DNA from: Calcarisporiella thermophila CBS 279.70
Lineage: Eukaryota; Fungi; Calcarisporiellomycota
Reading direction: 5' to 3'
Assembly (NCBI RefSeq): GCF_041956535.1
Contig: NW_027192194.1
Coordinates: 1,050,976 to 1,114,975 of the forward strand
Length of the DNA: 64,000 nucleotides
The first letter of the stretch is position 1. Each line of letters starts with the position of its first letter. Below, piece after piece: positions 13,801-26,515 of this stretch. Made by a program: the position numbers and the translations under genes. Below the pieces are notes generated by a model that saw only the letters and a program-made list of their open reading frames with translations, did no database searches and was not told where the DNA came from.

Positions 13801-15245
13801 CTTGGTGGGAAGGATTACGAGACCGAACCTGTGCTCGTTGCATTTGTGCATGGTGTTGCTGAGCCTGCTGCTGAATTTGATGCTGTGCTTGCTGTTGCAC
13901 TTGTTGCTGTGACTGCATCACTGGTCTCTGAAATTGTTGCCCGGGCATACCACTAACGCTTTATATAAATTTAGAATACATACTTGATGAATTGTTTAAG
14001 GCTGGAGATGTTACCTGGCTCGTTGCTGCATGGTTTGCGCGTTTATTTGAGAAAATTTTTTCAGTTGAGCCATGAACATTTGCTTTGAGAGGAAAAAAAA
14101 AGGGTAAAATGGAAAATTAGATTGCGAGCACATCAATTGCGCGACAAAACTTACATTTTCTTCCATAGTTAAAGAGCCTGGGTCACGTCCCGCCAAACCA
14201 ACATCCTGTAGCGCCTGCTGAATCATTTGCTGATTAACAACAAACCCATTTTGTTGTGGCATTTGTGGTGTACCCATATGTGTCATTATATTTCCATCGT
14301 TGCCCTGCGCGGTTGGTACTCCTTGGTCAGTACTACTTCGAACCATCACTGGCGACGAGCTGATATTTGAAACTAGTTGCTGGGGAGGGTGAGATGAAGT
14401 TGGTGTTTGTGGGGTATTTGTAAATCCGCCGTCGGCTGATTGCATGGAGCGAGAAGTCTGAGAAGAGGGTTGTTGATGGAGTGATGTTGGTGGCTGAGTG
14501 GGTTGGGATGGCTGATGCTGCTGAGACGGAGGGGGTATTTGCTGGAGAGTTGAGGAAGGAGAAGATTGTGTTTGTTCCTGCTGCTGCTGTTGAACTTGTT
14601 GCTGCTGCTGCTGCTGCTGTTGCAGGAAAAATTGTTGCTGCTGTTGAAGCAGTAGTCGCTGCATATTCTGTTGTATTGCTTGCTGTTGCATTCGCTCCCG
14701 CTGTGTGCGCATGTTGCTAAACTATTTTGCAAAATTTCAAATTAATAGCTGCTCTAAATTTCAGATTTCAGCACTTACATCGACATATTGTTGTGCATCC
14801 CTGCTCCCTGTTTTAGTGACTTTGGCTGCGAACAAATCCCAGAACACTGACCACCATTCAAATAAGAAACTCTGAGGCATATCAAATGGCACATTTTCGT
14901 CGCGAATGTTTGCATCTTGCTTTAGGGCATTAGCAGCCGCCATAAAATTATGTTTTACACAGTAATCATAAATATACAACTGTAGAGCTTGGTGCGTCCG
15001 CAGATCTAGGCCTGTCGGTCGCGTTAATGATGAAGACTGCGACGTGGAAGGCACAGAAGATTGCGGTTGCCTAAATTTCAGAGTAAGCATCGAGCAAAGT
15101 CCAAATTAGTACGAGAAAAATGCAACAAGATATCAAATTATTTTCGGGTTATTTTTCTTAAAAATGTCGATGATCTGTTGACAAGCGGGAGATCGAGAAA
15201 AATGTACCCGAAAATAACAGAGGTGGCAATAGAAACTTACATCAT
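10870..15245 (-). CDS. LisH/LUFS + Q-rich + C-terminal WD40 transcriptional co-regulator (LEUNIG-like architecture; Flo8/SomA-type N-terminus), 11 exons
   Basis: LUFS: LQLYIYDYCVKHNF...DMPQSFLFEWWSVFWDLF. Long polyQ/NPM-rich middle. WD40s: GHSNKVNACAFSFDGKWLASAGLDKKVLIW and EGHHSQQITAVRFSPDERHLLITASHDRSIRLWD. In-frame GT-AG junctions can be traced throughout. The first coding exon is 5 nt (ATGAT, 15245-15241). Confidence 0.85.
12990..13095 (-). repeat. Imperfect CAG/CAA polyglutamine tract
   Basis: tgc/tgt runs on + encode RQQQQLQQQQQHLQQQQQQQPQQQQHQQQKQQ. A second tract lies at ~14575-14650. Confidence 0.9.
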
Positions 15246-15653
15246 TGCGAAAGCTAATTAGTAACGTAAAATATTACGATTAGGCCTAAGCGATTACAGC
15301 AATTGATCAATCATATATAGAGAGCTGTGATTTGGGAATAGACGACTGTCAGTTGATATTTGTGTAATTCTTTGCTGAACACGATTATTTAACTCGAAAT
15401 AGAAGAGGAACAGACGAAGTCTGGGGTCGTAGAAAAGGGTTCTCACAGTCCGGACGTCATAGATTTTCGTCACTAATTTTAGCGAAAATTCGAATTTCAA
15501 TAGGTGAATTTAAATCAGAAGGTATAGAAATACAGCAAAATAGAGAAAATCAACCAAATATATATATATGTATACGCATAGGATAGAATAAGTAAAAAAG
15601 AAAACAAATCTATAATACACAAGAGCAGAATGAAAAAGAGTTAAAAAACGCGT

Positions 15654-17792
15654 TCAAATTAACTCCTCTATGTCTCCATTTTCGCCTTGCTTTAGCACCT
15701 TTTTAGCCCATTCCTTCACAACTTTTACATCATCCCACCGCTCTCTTTCTCGTAAAAACCAGAGAAGTGTATATAAAGTTTTTCTATCCACCTTTACATT
15801 ATCATCCCCAACCATTTCTGTGGTCACTATATAGATAGCTTCGCTATAGCACCCATGCCTGCATAAGCACTCAATGTATGAACAGTAGTTATTCTCATTG
15901 CGCGGAAAATGGCTCTCCCTTAACTTTTTCCATATCTCGCGTGCGCGTTTCAGGTTATTATTGTGTCCGCACGAGTCAAGGACAATGGATATGCTTGCAT
16001 TGTCAACTGGAGCACCGGCGACCTCAAGCGAATCCCATAATTGAAGCACAGTCTCACCTCGACCACACCAGTTATAGGCATCCATTAATGCATTATAAAG
16101 GGGGATTTCCAATTCCACCCATGGATCCATTCGCAATTGCTCGTGAAGCGCCTGCACAGCCTCAATATCACGCACCTTGCCGCAAGCCGCAATAAGCGTC
16201 GTATAAAGATAGCTATCTGGTCGTAATCCGGTACGGCGCATCCCGGCAAAAACTTGGCGAGCCTCAAATAATCGTCCTCGTTTAATCAATAAAGAAAGCA
16301 TCGTCGTATACCCTTGCGGATTTAAATATATTTTTGAATATTTAAGATCGTAGTAAAACTGCAGCGCCTCGTCCACGTGTCCACTGCGAATGTAAGCGGC
16401 AATCAAAAAGGTGTAGGTGAAGGGATCAGGTTGTATCTCAAGTCTGAGCATGGTTTTATAAACCTCCAGAGACTTCTCGTACTTCCCGGCTTTACCAAAC
16501 GAATCAATTAGTGCATTACAAAGTATTGCGCTCGGCTTTTCGCCATTATCCAATATTAACTGAAATATAGAATAGGCACGGTCGATGCGGTCAAAATTAA
16601 GGAGGTTGTGCACGAGATGGGTATATATCTGGGTGTTTGGAGACACTCCATCATTCTGCATTTGTGTCAATATGTCGAGCGCGTCGTCCAGGTTACGCTG
16701 TTGTATATGTGCATCAATCAGCAAAAAATACGTAACAACATCCGCTCGCAAGCCAGCCTGTTGCAGCTGTTTAAAATAAGAAATCGCCAACTCTGGTTTA
16801 TTGCAGCGGAGACACGCATCCATCATTGAATTATAGGTGACACAGTTGGGAGGAATACCCTCACGCTGCATATTTTCAAAAGTTTCCTGGGCAGCTTTGT
16901 AATTACCTGACTTGCTGAACAAATTGATTAAACCGCTGTATGCATAGGAATCCAGCGCGAGACCAGAGGATTGAATGTCACGATAGATTTTGGATCCCAA
17001 TTCCGGATCACCAAATTTTGCACAGCCAGTGAGTAGCGTACTAAAGGTGAATACATCTGGTTTTAGTCCGGAATCCTTTAGCTGTGCATACAAACGCGTT
17101 GCCGTGTCTACATCACCCTTCTTCAAATATAGGTCGATCATAGTGTTGTATGTAGTTACACTGGGCTGTGATTCACTGACCATCAAACTAAAAATCTTCC
17201 ATGCCCCAGCAGTGTCTTGCGAACGCTTTAAGACGCTAAGCATAGTATTATAAGTTACGGTGTTTGGGACTATCCCAATTTTTCTCATACGATCGAATAT
17301 TTGCATCGCTTTGGCGGGTTGTTTATGCAATCCATACGCATAGATAAGTGCGTTATACTCTAGATGGCGCGGTTTCATCCCGAGTCTTTGCATATCCTCT
17401 ATTATCCTCTGAATCAATTCTAGATCGCGCTCATTTTTGCTTTTACGAAGTAATAACAAAACACCCCGATAATGGCCACGAGTAAGCAATTGCCTGTCGT
17501 CTGTTTTTTGGATGACAGAATATGCGGATCTAACTATTGCAATATCTCCCTTTGATAGCGCGTGCTCAAGTTTACAGATGGATTTTGAGCTTAATACATC
17601 ATGCGGCATAGATGCGATACTAGTTGCATGCGAATTGCACCTTCTAAGTATTAAGTTAGGAACATTGTTGGTGTTGAATTGCAACGGATTGAGGTAATAG
17701 GATGGCCGATAACAAATGTACGTAGTATTAAAATTTTGCCACGATGCGGTACACCATGCCGGTTTTATTAAGATGCGCAGAGATGCGCGCAT
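15654..17792 (-). CDS. Intronless P-type pentatricopeptide repeat (PPR) protein, probably a mitochondrial RNA-binding protein
   Basis: 712-aa ORF with about 14-16 tandem 35-aa repeats (e.g. VTYNTMLSVL...AWKIFSLM, GLKPDVFTFSTLLTGC, PNCVTYNSMMDAC). The basic N-terminus resembles a presequence. Confidence 0.92.
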   Translation of the reverse strand: MRASLRILIKPAWCTASWQNFNTTYICYRPSYYLNPLQFNTNNVPNLILRRCNSHATSIASMPHDVLSSKSICKLEHALSKGDIAIVRSAYSVIQKTDDRQLLTRGHYRGVLLLLRKSKNERDLELIQRIIEDMQRLGMKPRHLEYNALIYAYGLHKQPAKAMQIFDRMRKIGIVPNTVTYNTMLSVLKRSQDTAGAWKIFSLMVSESQPSVTTYNTMIDLYLKKGDVDTATRLYAQLKDSGLKPDVFTFSTLLTGCAKFGDPELGSKIYRDIQSSGLALDSYAYSGLINLFSKSGNYKAAQETFENMQREGIPPNCVTYNSMMDACLRCNKPELAISYFKQLQQAGLRADVVTYFLLIDAHIQQRNLDDALDILTQMQNDGVSPNTQIYTHLVHNLLNFDRIDRAYSIFQLILDNGEKPSAILCNALIDSFGKAGKYEKSLEVYKTMLRLEIQPDPFTYTFLIAAYIRSGHVDEALQFYYDLKYSKIYLNPQGYTTMLSLLIKRGRLFEARQVFAGMRRTGLRPDSYLYTTLIAACGKVRDIEAVQALHEQLRMDPWVELEIPLYNALMDAYNWCGRGETVLQLWDSLEVAGAPVDNASISIVLDSCGHNNNLKRAREIWKKLRESHFPRNENNYCSYIECLCRHGCYSEAIYIVTTEMVGDDNVKVDRKTLYTLLWFLRERERWDDVKVVKEWAKKVLKQGENGDIEELI

Positions 17793-18085
17793 TGTCTACT
17801 TATATTAAGTCTCTGGACTACCAAAATTACCGATGTGACTTTATCACTTGTGACTGCTAAGAATGCTACGCTTCAACACTTGTTTACTGTTTCGGGATCG
17901 TAAACACTTTTCGAATTGTGCTTCCACCTCCAAAGATCCTCAAATTCTTCATTAGATTTTAAGTGGATCCCAGAAAGGGGAGGCATGAGCAAATTATAAT
18001 TGTAGCATACTCTTAAATTCATACTCATTCAGTTTTCTGGTTTACTTGATTTTCTCTCTCGACACAAAAACGCAAAAATAATACT

Positions 18086-21000
18086 ATGCCGTCAACATTT
18101 CATACCCTAGAGCGGGAACGTTTGTTCCGCAATCCCCCGGATAAACACTACGGAGTACCTGCATTACAAGGAGTCGTTGCACCCCATATTGAATCGTTTA
18201 ATTCGCTCTTCGAAGACCACGATCGCGATGTACCTGGTCTGCTTGAGTTATCCATTAGAGACATTGGGAATAAGGTCGTTTTTGACAGTAGAGGGGAAGA
18301 TGGGACCGCACAAGGAAACAGAATGAAGAGTAAATTTTATTTTTTGAAGATTTTGAAATGAGTAATTGGTGCTGAAATGCTGATGATATCTAACCACAAC
18401 CATTTATTTTTACAGTTTGGCTTGAAGATTTACAAGTTGCGAAGCCTAGCTATTCAACGAAAAAATCAGTCATAAACAAAGTATTCCCTTCTGAATGCCG
18501 CGAGAGATTGACATCGTATACAGGAGCAATGAGAGTTAAGCTGTGCTGGAGCGTGAATGGAAATCCACCGTCACATGAATATAAGGACCTCGGTCAACTT
18601 CCTATCATGATAAAGGTAAATATTAAATGTGCCACGTGTAAGTGAAGGTTCTATGTGTTATAACTATGACACACCTATTTAGTCGTCTCGCTGTAATATT
18701 CAGAACTTCTCTTCTAAGGAGCTTGTTGCTCATAAAGAGGAATCTGAAGAGATGGGTGGCTATTTTATTGTAAATGGTATCGAGAAATTGGTGCGTCTAC
18801 TGATTGTTCCTCGTCGCAATCACATTACTGCACTGATTCGTCCCTCACTGGCGAACCGTGGTCCCTCGTACACCCATTATGCTGTCACAATGCGATGTGT
18901 TCGCGAAGACCAGACCTCACAGTCTATCACCCTACACTATCTTAACGATGGCAACTGCATGCTACGGTTTCACTGGCGCAAAGCTGAATACCTTATCCCT
19001 GTGATGCTCATTTTCAAATCGCTACTTGATGTGAATGACAAGGAAATTCTCGATGCAATCCTCCAAGGCGATTTTGAAAACACCTTCTACACTGATCGCG
19101 TTGAGATGCTTCTTCGAAGCTTTAAATCATTTTCACTGTATACACGTGAGCAGTGTCTTTCTTACTTAGGGGAAAAATTCCGAGTAGTTATGGGGTTCCC
19201 AGAGGATTGGAGCCACCGTCAGGTTGGAGAGGGTCTATTAAAACAAGTGGTACTCGTGCATCTGAGGGAGCCAGCAGACAAGTTCCGATTGCTGGTGCTT
19301 ATGATCCGGAAGTTATACGCCCTTGTTTCAGGAGAATGCTGTGCAGATAATCCTGATTCTCCACAACACCAGGAAATTCTGCTTGGTGGACACTTGATTG
19401 CGAACATTATCAAGGAGAAGCTCGATGATTATTTGAATACAATCCGAGGTGTCATTATGGGTGATGTGAGAAGGGGTACTCAAGGAGTAGATTTCTTTGA
19501 CAACAAATACATGTCAAAAGTTATCCAAAAGGTCCCCTCTGACATTGGTCAGAAGCTTCGTTATTTCCTTGCAACTGGTAATCTTGTCTCGAACACGGGT
19601 TTGGATTTGCTGCAAACAACAGGCTTTACTATTGTTGCTGAGAAGCTCAATTTCTACCGCTACCTTTCTCACTTCCGCTGTGTTCACCGTGGAGCCTTCT
19701 TTGCTGAACTCAAAACAACCTCTGTACGTAAACTCCTCCCAGATTCTTGGGGCTTCCTTTGCCCTGTCCATACCCCTGATGGTGCTCCATGCGGTCTCCT
19801 GAACCATCTCTCGCACACTTGCAAAATTATCACTAAGCCACTTAATGTCTCGAAGATTCCGGCCCTCCTTGCAACGCTCGGTGTCTCACAGCCAGTCACA
19901 AAATCAATGTCAATGAGCCGACCTGGTTATGTACCAGTAATGCTCGACGGTCGCGTAGTAGGTTGGTGTACTCCAAAGCAGGTGGAGCAAGTGGCCCGTA
20001 CCCTGCGACTTTGGAAAGTGGAAGGACATCCCAATATCCCGCTCGATCTTGAAATTGCACATGTTCCGCCATCACATGGAGGAGAATACCCAGGTCTTTA
20101 CATGTTCTCCGGCATGGCACGGATGATGCGCCCGGTTAAATATCTAGCCAATAACCGTACAGACATGGTTGGATCTTTCGAGCAAGTCTATATGAACATA
20201 GCTTGCTTGGACGAGGACGTTGTACCAGGCGTGACTTCTCATCAGGAGTTTGCTCCGACTGACATGCTTTCTGTGATTGCCAATTTGACACCTTTTAGTG
20301 ATTTCAATCAATCTCCGCGTAATATGTATCAGTGCCAGATGGGTAAACAATCCATGGGTACACCCTCTACTTCTATCATGTATCGCACGGACAACAAACT
20401 CTATCGCCTTCAAACTGGTCAAACACCCGTTGTGCGCCCAGCACTTCATGACCATTACGGCATGGACGGCTTCCCGAATGGCACAAATGCAATCGTCGCT
20501 GTCATCTCCTACACTGGCTATGATATGGAAGACGCTATGATTCTCAACAAATCTTCCCATGAGCGTGGTTTCGGGTATGGTACTGTGTACAAGTCGGAGA
20601 TTGTGGATCTAGGCGAACTGCGGGCTCGAAACGAGCCAATTACTAATCATTTTGGGCTCGGTCCTGATGCACCACGCACCTGGCGCGAGAAATTGGACCG
20701 AGATGGACTGCCTTATGTCGGCGTTCGTTTGCGTGAAGGCGATCCGATATGCGCCTACACGAACGATATTACGGGCAAGACTTCCATCAAGAAATACAAG
20801 GGTATGGAGGAGGGGATTGTAAGTGAAGTGCGCCTCATTGGGAGCGATCGCGGTGACACTGAGCTACAGAAGGTGCATATCATGTTGCGAATCACGCGCT
20901 CTCCCATCATTGGTGACAAGTTCTCTTCTCGGCACGGGCAAAAGGGTGTTTGTTCGCAAAAATTCCCAGCTGTGGATATGCCGTTCACAGAAAGTGGGAT

Positions 21001-21694
21001 GCAACCAGATGTGATCATTAACCCTCATGCGTTCCCCTCGCGTATGACTATCGGGATGTTTGTCGAGAGTATTGCAGGGAAAAGCGGAGCCTTGCATGGA
21101 ATGGCACAAGATGCCACCCCATTTAAATTCAGCGAGAAGTACTCCGCGGCCGACTTCTTTGGAGAGCAGCTATTGAAAGCCGGCTACAACTATTACGGAA
21201 ATGAGCCAATGTATAGTGGTGTGACTGGTGAAGAGCTGCGCGCAGACATCTATATTGGAGTTGTGTACTATCAACGCTTGCGTCACATGGTTTCTGATAA
21301 GTACCAAGTACGTACCACGGGTCCTGTGCACAATCTCACGATGCAACCTATCAAAGGCCGTAAGCGTGCAGGAGGTATTCGCTTTGGTGAAATGGAGCGT
21401 GATTCATTGCTTGCCCATGGTACTAGTTTCCTTCTTCAGGATCGCTTAATGAACTGTTCAGACTACACACAAAGCTATGTCTGCCGAAAATGCGGCTCGT
21501 TGCTCTCCCCAGTGACGGCGCAAGCTCAGACCAATGCACCTGGAGACCGGAATCCTCCAAGGAGAGAAATAGAGTGCAGAGTTTGCCGTACGGGTCAGTA
21601 TATCGATTTGGTAGCCATCCCATATGTATTCCGATATCTGGCTACAGAATTGATGAGTATGGGGATAAAGATGAAACTAGAGGTTGATCCATAA
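18086..21694 (+). CDS. RPA2: RNA polymerase I second-largest subunit (3 exons)
   Basis: N-terminus FHTLERERLFRNPP. Motifs GGYFIVNGIEK, SWGFLCPVHTPDG, GDKFSSRHGQKG, GGIRFGEMERD and a C-terminal Zn ribbon. RMTIGM is Pol I-type. Confidence 0.97.
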
Positions 21695-22180
21695 ATTTAT
21701 ATCTTTTTACCTCCTTTTATTTTTATCCTACTTTATTCGTGTTTTCTCCCCTGAAAATATTTCAATAAATTACTTATTTTTGTATAAAAAGCAAATACCG
21801 AATTCCAAGAATATAAAGTTGAATATACTGATCATTTGTGTTTGACATCATTATAATTTATTTTGCCACCACCACTACCCCCCTCCACATTCTAAGTATT
21901 TGTTGATATTAGGGAAGTCGGAAAATGACTAGGATAATCTACATAAATGCACTTTATTTAGACTGAAGAAAATATCCATTGTCTAGACCATAAGCTTGGT
22001 ACCCACATCAGCAATAATGCTGCCAGTTTCATTCTAGCTCTCAGTCCTGACTCTTGCCAAAATAATGTGGCTTAGCAACCCGCAATTCCCGTAGCACGCG
22101 TACAGTATATCGAACCCCTAAAGCTTCCCTAGACGAAGTTCTTTAAAATCATTTCAGATCTGTCGTAAAAAAATTACAAC

Positions 22181-23212
22181 ATGGCAAGCTTGATAGAGCA
22201 GATAACTCAATTTTCTTCTAAAGCAGAAGATTGGCTTGATACAATTGGGCAGCCGCTAAAGCCGTAAGCTCTCGCATTATTTTATGGTTATAATTTGGTT
22301 TATATATATTATCTAATTCTAGCCACATGCCCGCCATCGGCCGCACTCTTATTGTTATTACATTTTTTGAAGATGCTTTTCGCATCGTCAGTCAATGGTA
22401 GGTTCTTTAACTCTTGCTGTCATTTTCCTGTGTAGGCTCTTCACAATGCAATTTATTGTTAAAGGACCGACCAGATTTATTATCTCCAACGCGTTCGCCT
22501 TTTCCCTTGGGGACTTAGCCATTTGTTTTTACTACTAAATATTGTGGTTAGTGCATTTCACATAGACTTATTACTAAAATCATTCCTCAGCAATTATTGT
22601 TATTTTTTTGGGACATGACTTTAGACCATGCTCACATGCTCCATCTTAGTTATCGCAAAGAAGTATCCCGAAATTGCTGTTGGTGGTCTACTGGGCGTGG
22701 TGATTGCGCAAGCAATTGGTTATGGGCTTCTCTTTGACATCTCCTTCTTCCTCCGCAATATCTCCGTAATCGGTGGTTTGCTTATGGTTCTCTCAGATTC
22801 CCTCTCTCGCCGTCGTCGTATGTTTGCTGCTCTACCCTCTCTTTCCGAAACCGACCGACGCAAGTACTTCCAGCTCGCTGGACGAGTCTTTCTTATTTTC
22901 TTGTTCTTTGGGTTTGTTTTTAACGGTGAATTCACGATTCTCCGCATGGCGATTGTCAGTGTGAGCTTAATTGCCTGTGTGATGGTTGTGGTCGGATTTA
23001 AGGCTAGATACAGTGCCATGTTTTTGGTGCTATTCTTGTCGATATTCAACGTGTTAATCAACAATTGGTGGAGCCTGCATCACACTCACCCAGAACGTGA
23101 TTTCCTGAAGTATGATTTCTTCCAGACGCTTTCAATTGTTGGAGGGCTAATGCTGCTTGTTAATGTTGGACCCGGAGGAATTAGTCTTGATGCAATGAAA
23201 AAAGAGTTCTAA
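22181..23212 (+). CDS. ERV29: ER cargo receptor Erv29/SURF4, multi-exon
   Basis: PAIGRTLIVITFFEDAFRI, FFLRNISVIGGLLMVL, LAGRVFLIFLF, DFLKYDFFQTLSIVGG and a C-terminal KKxx retrieval motif (KKEF). Confidence 0.93.
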
Positions 23213-24329
23213 GTCTTAAGCCTTGTATTTTTTTTTTTTTCTTCAAACCAAATTTCAATTCAACTGTGCAAACTAGTTGCTTCTGTGCAATACAAACTAT
23301 TTCCTATTTGCCTGTGAGTAATAGATAAAAGAGACAAATAAAAGGAAGTGTCGACGAAGTGAAGACCAACAAATACAGCGGACAAAAGAAGTCGAACATA
23401 TAGGTCAAGTTTTCAACGCTATACTGGTCCCCGCTAGAGTGACCGCCACTCAATTCTCGCGGGAGAAAACCGGGTCTATATTGTTATTGAAACGAGTTTA
23501 TTAATATGACCCTTTGCTGTTAGGACCCGAATCTCTTGAGGCTTAACCAGCGGGCCCCCGCAAAAGAGAAGTTTTCGCTTCGACCCGATAAGGAAGAAAG
23601 ACAATACATTTCAAAGGCATCCTTTTATGAAGAGTGACTAAGCATTAGAGAGTAATTAAGAAGCCTTATCTTAGACTCCGGCCTTTTCGAACCTTCCTCT
23701 CGAGGATCAACCACAGGACTCACATGGAATGGTCCATGTAACACTGTCGACGACTGCTCGCGTGACTTTACTCCGAGCCACGAATGGGAGCAAGTGCCAC
23801 AGCAAACAAACAGCTTATTACGTTGTAGAAGACTATTTGGAAACAGCGGGCAGATTCGGACATGGCAATTGGAGATGGATTTGAACACTGATAGAGAATG
23901 ATTTGGCTGACAATATGTGAAAAGGCTCGGATCCAGAACAACTAAATGAACACTGAAACCGTCAAATCCTGAGGATATAGAAAACTAGCTTAGCAATAGG
24001 CTTCATTGCACACTAGATCGTTTACAATTGTCTACGAGAATGAGCATCAAAACAGACGAGTATAAGATCTGAATGGCAGGCATTTTCGATATCAAAATTT
24101 TGTCACGTGCAATACTTAATGGCTGATCGTGATGTTTTACTTGCGGGTGATATCGCTTGTTTAACACTGGCCATTCAACAATTTATCTTATCTACTGGTT
24201 CCGAAAAAAGAGATATAATATCTCTATATCTTGTCTTAAATACCCCTTATTTTTACCCCTATTATCGCACCTCTATTCTAATTCTTTAACTTTTCGTTTT
24301 ATCCTCTCATCAAACCATAATACACAAAA

Positions 24330-26139
24330 ATGGTAGACTTGCCACCTGCTGTCAATAATGGAGACGTCGCTTGGGTTATCGTTGCAACAGCGTTCGTTTT
24401 TGCTATGGTATGCTACCACCTCTCCTCCCACCTGGGATACTTTTCTCGGCCTATCTTTACTAATTTTTGACCTTGCTGTTCTTCTCTCGCCAGCATATTG
24501 GACTTGGATTTTTCTATGCGGGTTTAGCAAGGGCCAAACATGCATTATCTCTCATGTTTCTCATGCTCCTATCGGTTGCTGTCGTATCTCTTCAGGTAAA
24601 ATATTATTATTGATGCTTCGATCGACCAGTGCTTTGTGTCTGAAAGTATCCACCCTATTTTTAGTGGTACCTTCTCGGCTACTCATTGACTTTCTCAGAG
24701 ACTGGCTCTCGCTTTATTGGAGATCTAACTAATGCAGTGGGCCGGGGTATTGGCATGAAGCCGAATTCACTCGCACCGTCCATACCCTCGTCGATGTTCT
24801 TCGTCTTCCAGCTCATGTTTGCATCTATCACTCCTGCGCTAGCGTTCGGTAGTAGTGCGGAAAGAATGCGTATTGCTCCTGCTATTGTATTCTTATTTGT
24901 CTGGGAGACACTTGTCTATGGTAAGCCTAAATAGGTTAACAATAAGAAAACTTATATGGTTTAAATAAGAGCCACCCCATAGATGTCATTACTTCGTGGG
25001 TATGGGGACCCAACGGGTGGCTGAAAGCACTAGGAGTGATGGACTTTGCGGGAGGAACACCTGTCCATATTGCATCGGGTCTTGCCGCCGTCGCCTATGC
25101 GATTGGTATATATCTCAACACTTATTCTTTCAAGAATTCCATCTAACTTTTTTCTGTTTCTGTTTTCAGTGGTTGGCAAACGTCGTGACTATGTAGACTT
25201 CAACGTCCCACATTCCCCGTCTTTCGTCTTCCTCGGAACCGGTTTTCTTTGGTTTGGTTGGTTCGGGTTTAACGGTGGCAGTAGCCTTACGGCGGACGCA
25301 AGAGGTGTTCAGGCTCTTATTTCAACCCACCTTTCCGGCTGCGTTGGAGGACTTGCCTGGATATTGATGGACTATCGTCTTAAACGCAAATGGTCTATGA
25401 TTGGATTTTGCACGGGCGCCGTAGCTGGCCTTGCCACCATTACTCCTGCTTCCGGCTATGTCACATCCGCATCCTCCCTTGCTTTTGGATTTTTGGGCGG
25501 GATCATCTGCAATCTAGCCGTCACTTATAAGCACAAATACAACTTCGATGATGCATTGGATGTGTTTGCAGTTCATTACGTAGGAGGAATCGTTGGACTG
25601 ATTTTGACAGGAGTATTCGCTCAACGCGACATAGTTAGTCTATCATATCCACCCGGTGCAGAGGTTCCTTTGGGTGGTTGGCTTGACGGAAACTGGATGG
25701 CTGTGCCTATCCAGCTTGCTGCCATAGCCAGTGTCTCGGCTTGGTCATTTGTCGTTACGTAAGTCGAACAGATTCAAAGTGTTATTTTCGTGGTTTACTT
25801 GAATTGATGAGATGTGCTTCTTCTTTATACAGATACATTATTCTTTTTGTCATGAACAAGATCCCTGGACTACATCTTCGTCTCTGTGATCAGGAAGAAG
25901 CCATGGGAACAGACGAAGTAGAAATCGGAGAGAAATGCTACAACTTCTCCCCTGCTGATCTTACCTTACTGCAAGAGAAACTTTTGGAGACTGGAGTCCT
26001 CAAACAGTTGTTATCAGCAGGGCCGCACTCCATGCAGAGTGTCAGCAGCCAGGAAGACGCAGATACAATGGCTAGCGAGAAGGAAAAACATCATGCTACC
26101 CATATTGAGGAGGTGAAAAAAGAAAACGGAGATGTTTAA
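24330..26139 (+). CDS. Ammonium transporter (Amt/Mep), multi-exon
   Basis: [68 protein letters not shown]. Both pore histidines are present. Confidence 0.95.
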
Positions 26140-26515
26140 ATTATTCCCGACATTTACTTGTAATTACTTTTATTTATTAATATTTTTTATTTCAACTGCA
26201 TGGATTTTTTTTCTTCTTTCCCCACTCTTTTATTTGCCTTTTTCGTGCGGCTCAGTCTTGCGTAGTGTCCATCAGCATAGGAAAGAACACGAAAATGGAA
26301 ATAAAGCATTATCATTAGACACTAGACAGTATCTCTAAAAATAATTGGACCTTAGGGAATGATCATTGTAAGGCGGGACCGCTATTTGGTTTTTATTTAT
26401 AATTCAATCCAAATATACAAGGAGGGTTATAAACAGTGGAGATATGAAAAATACCAGAGAATACAGAAGTAGCCTCTCTCTTCACAACATAAACAACCAG
26501 TAAAACTAAAGACAT

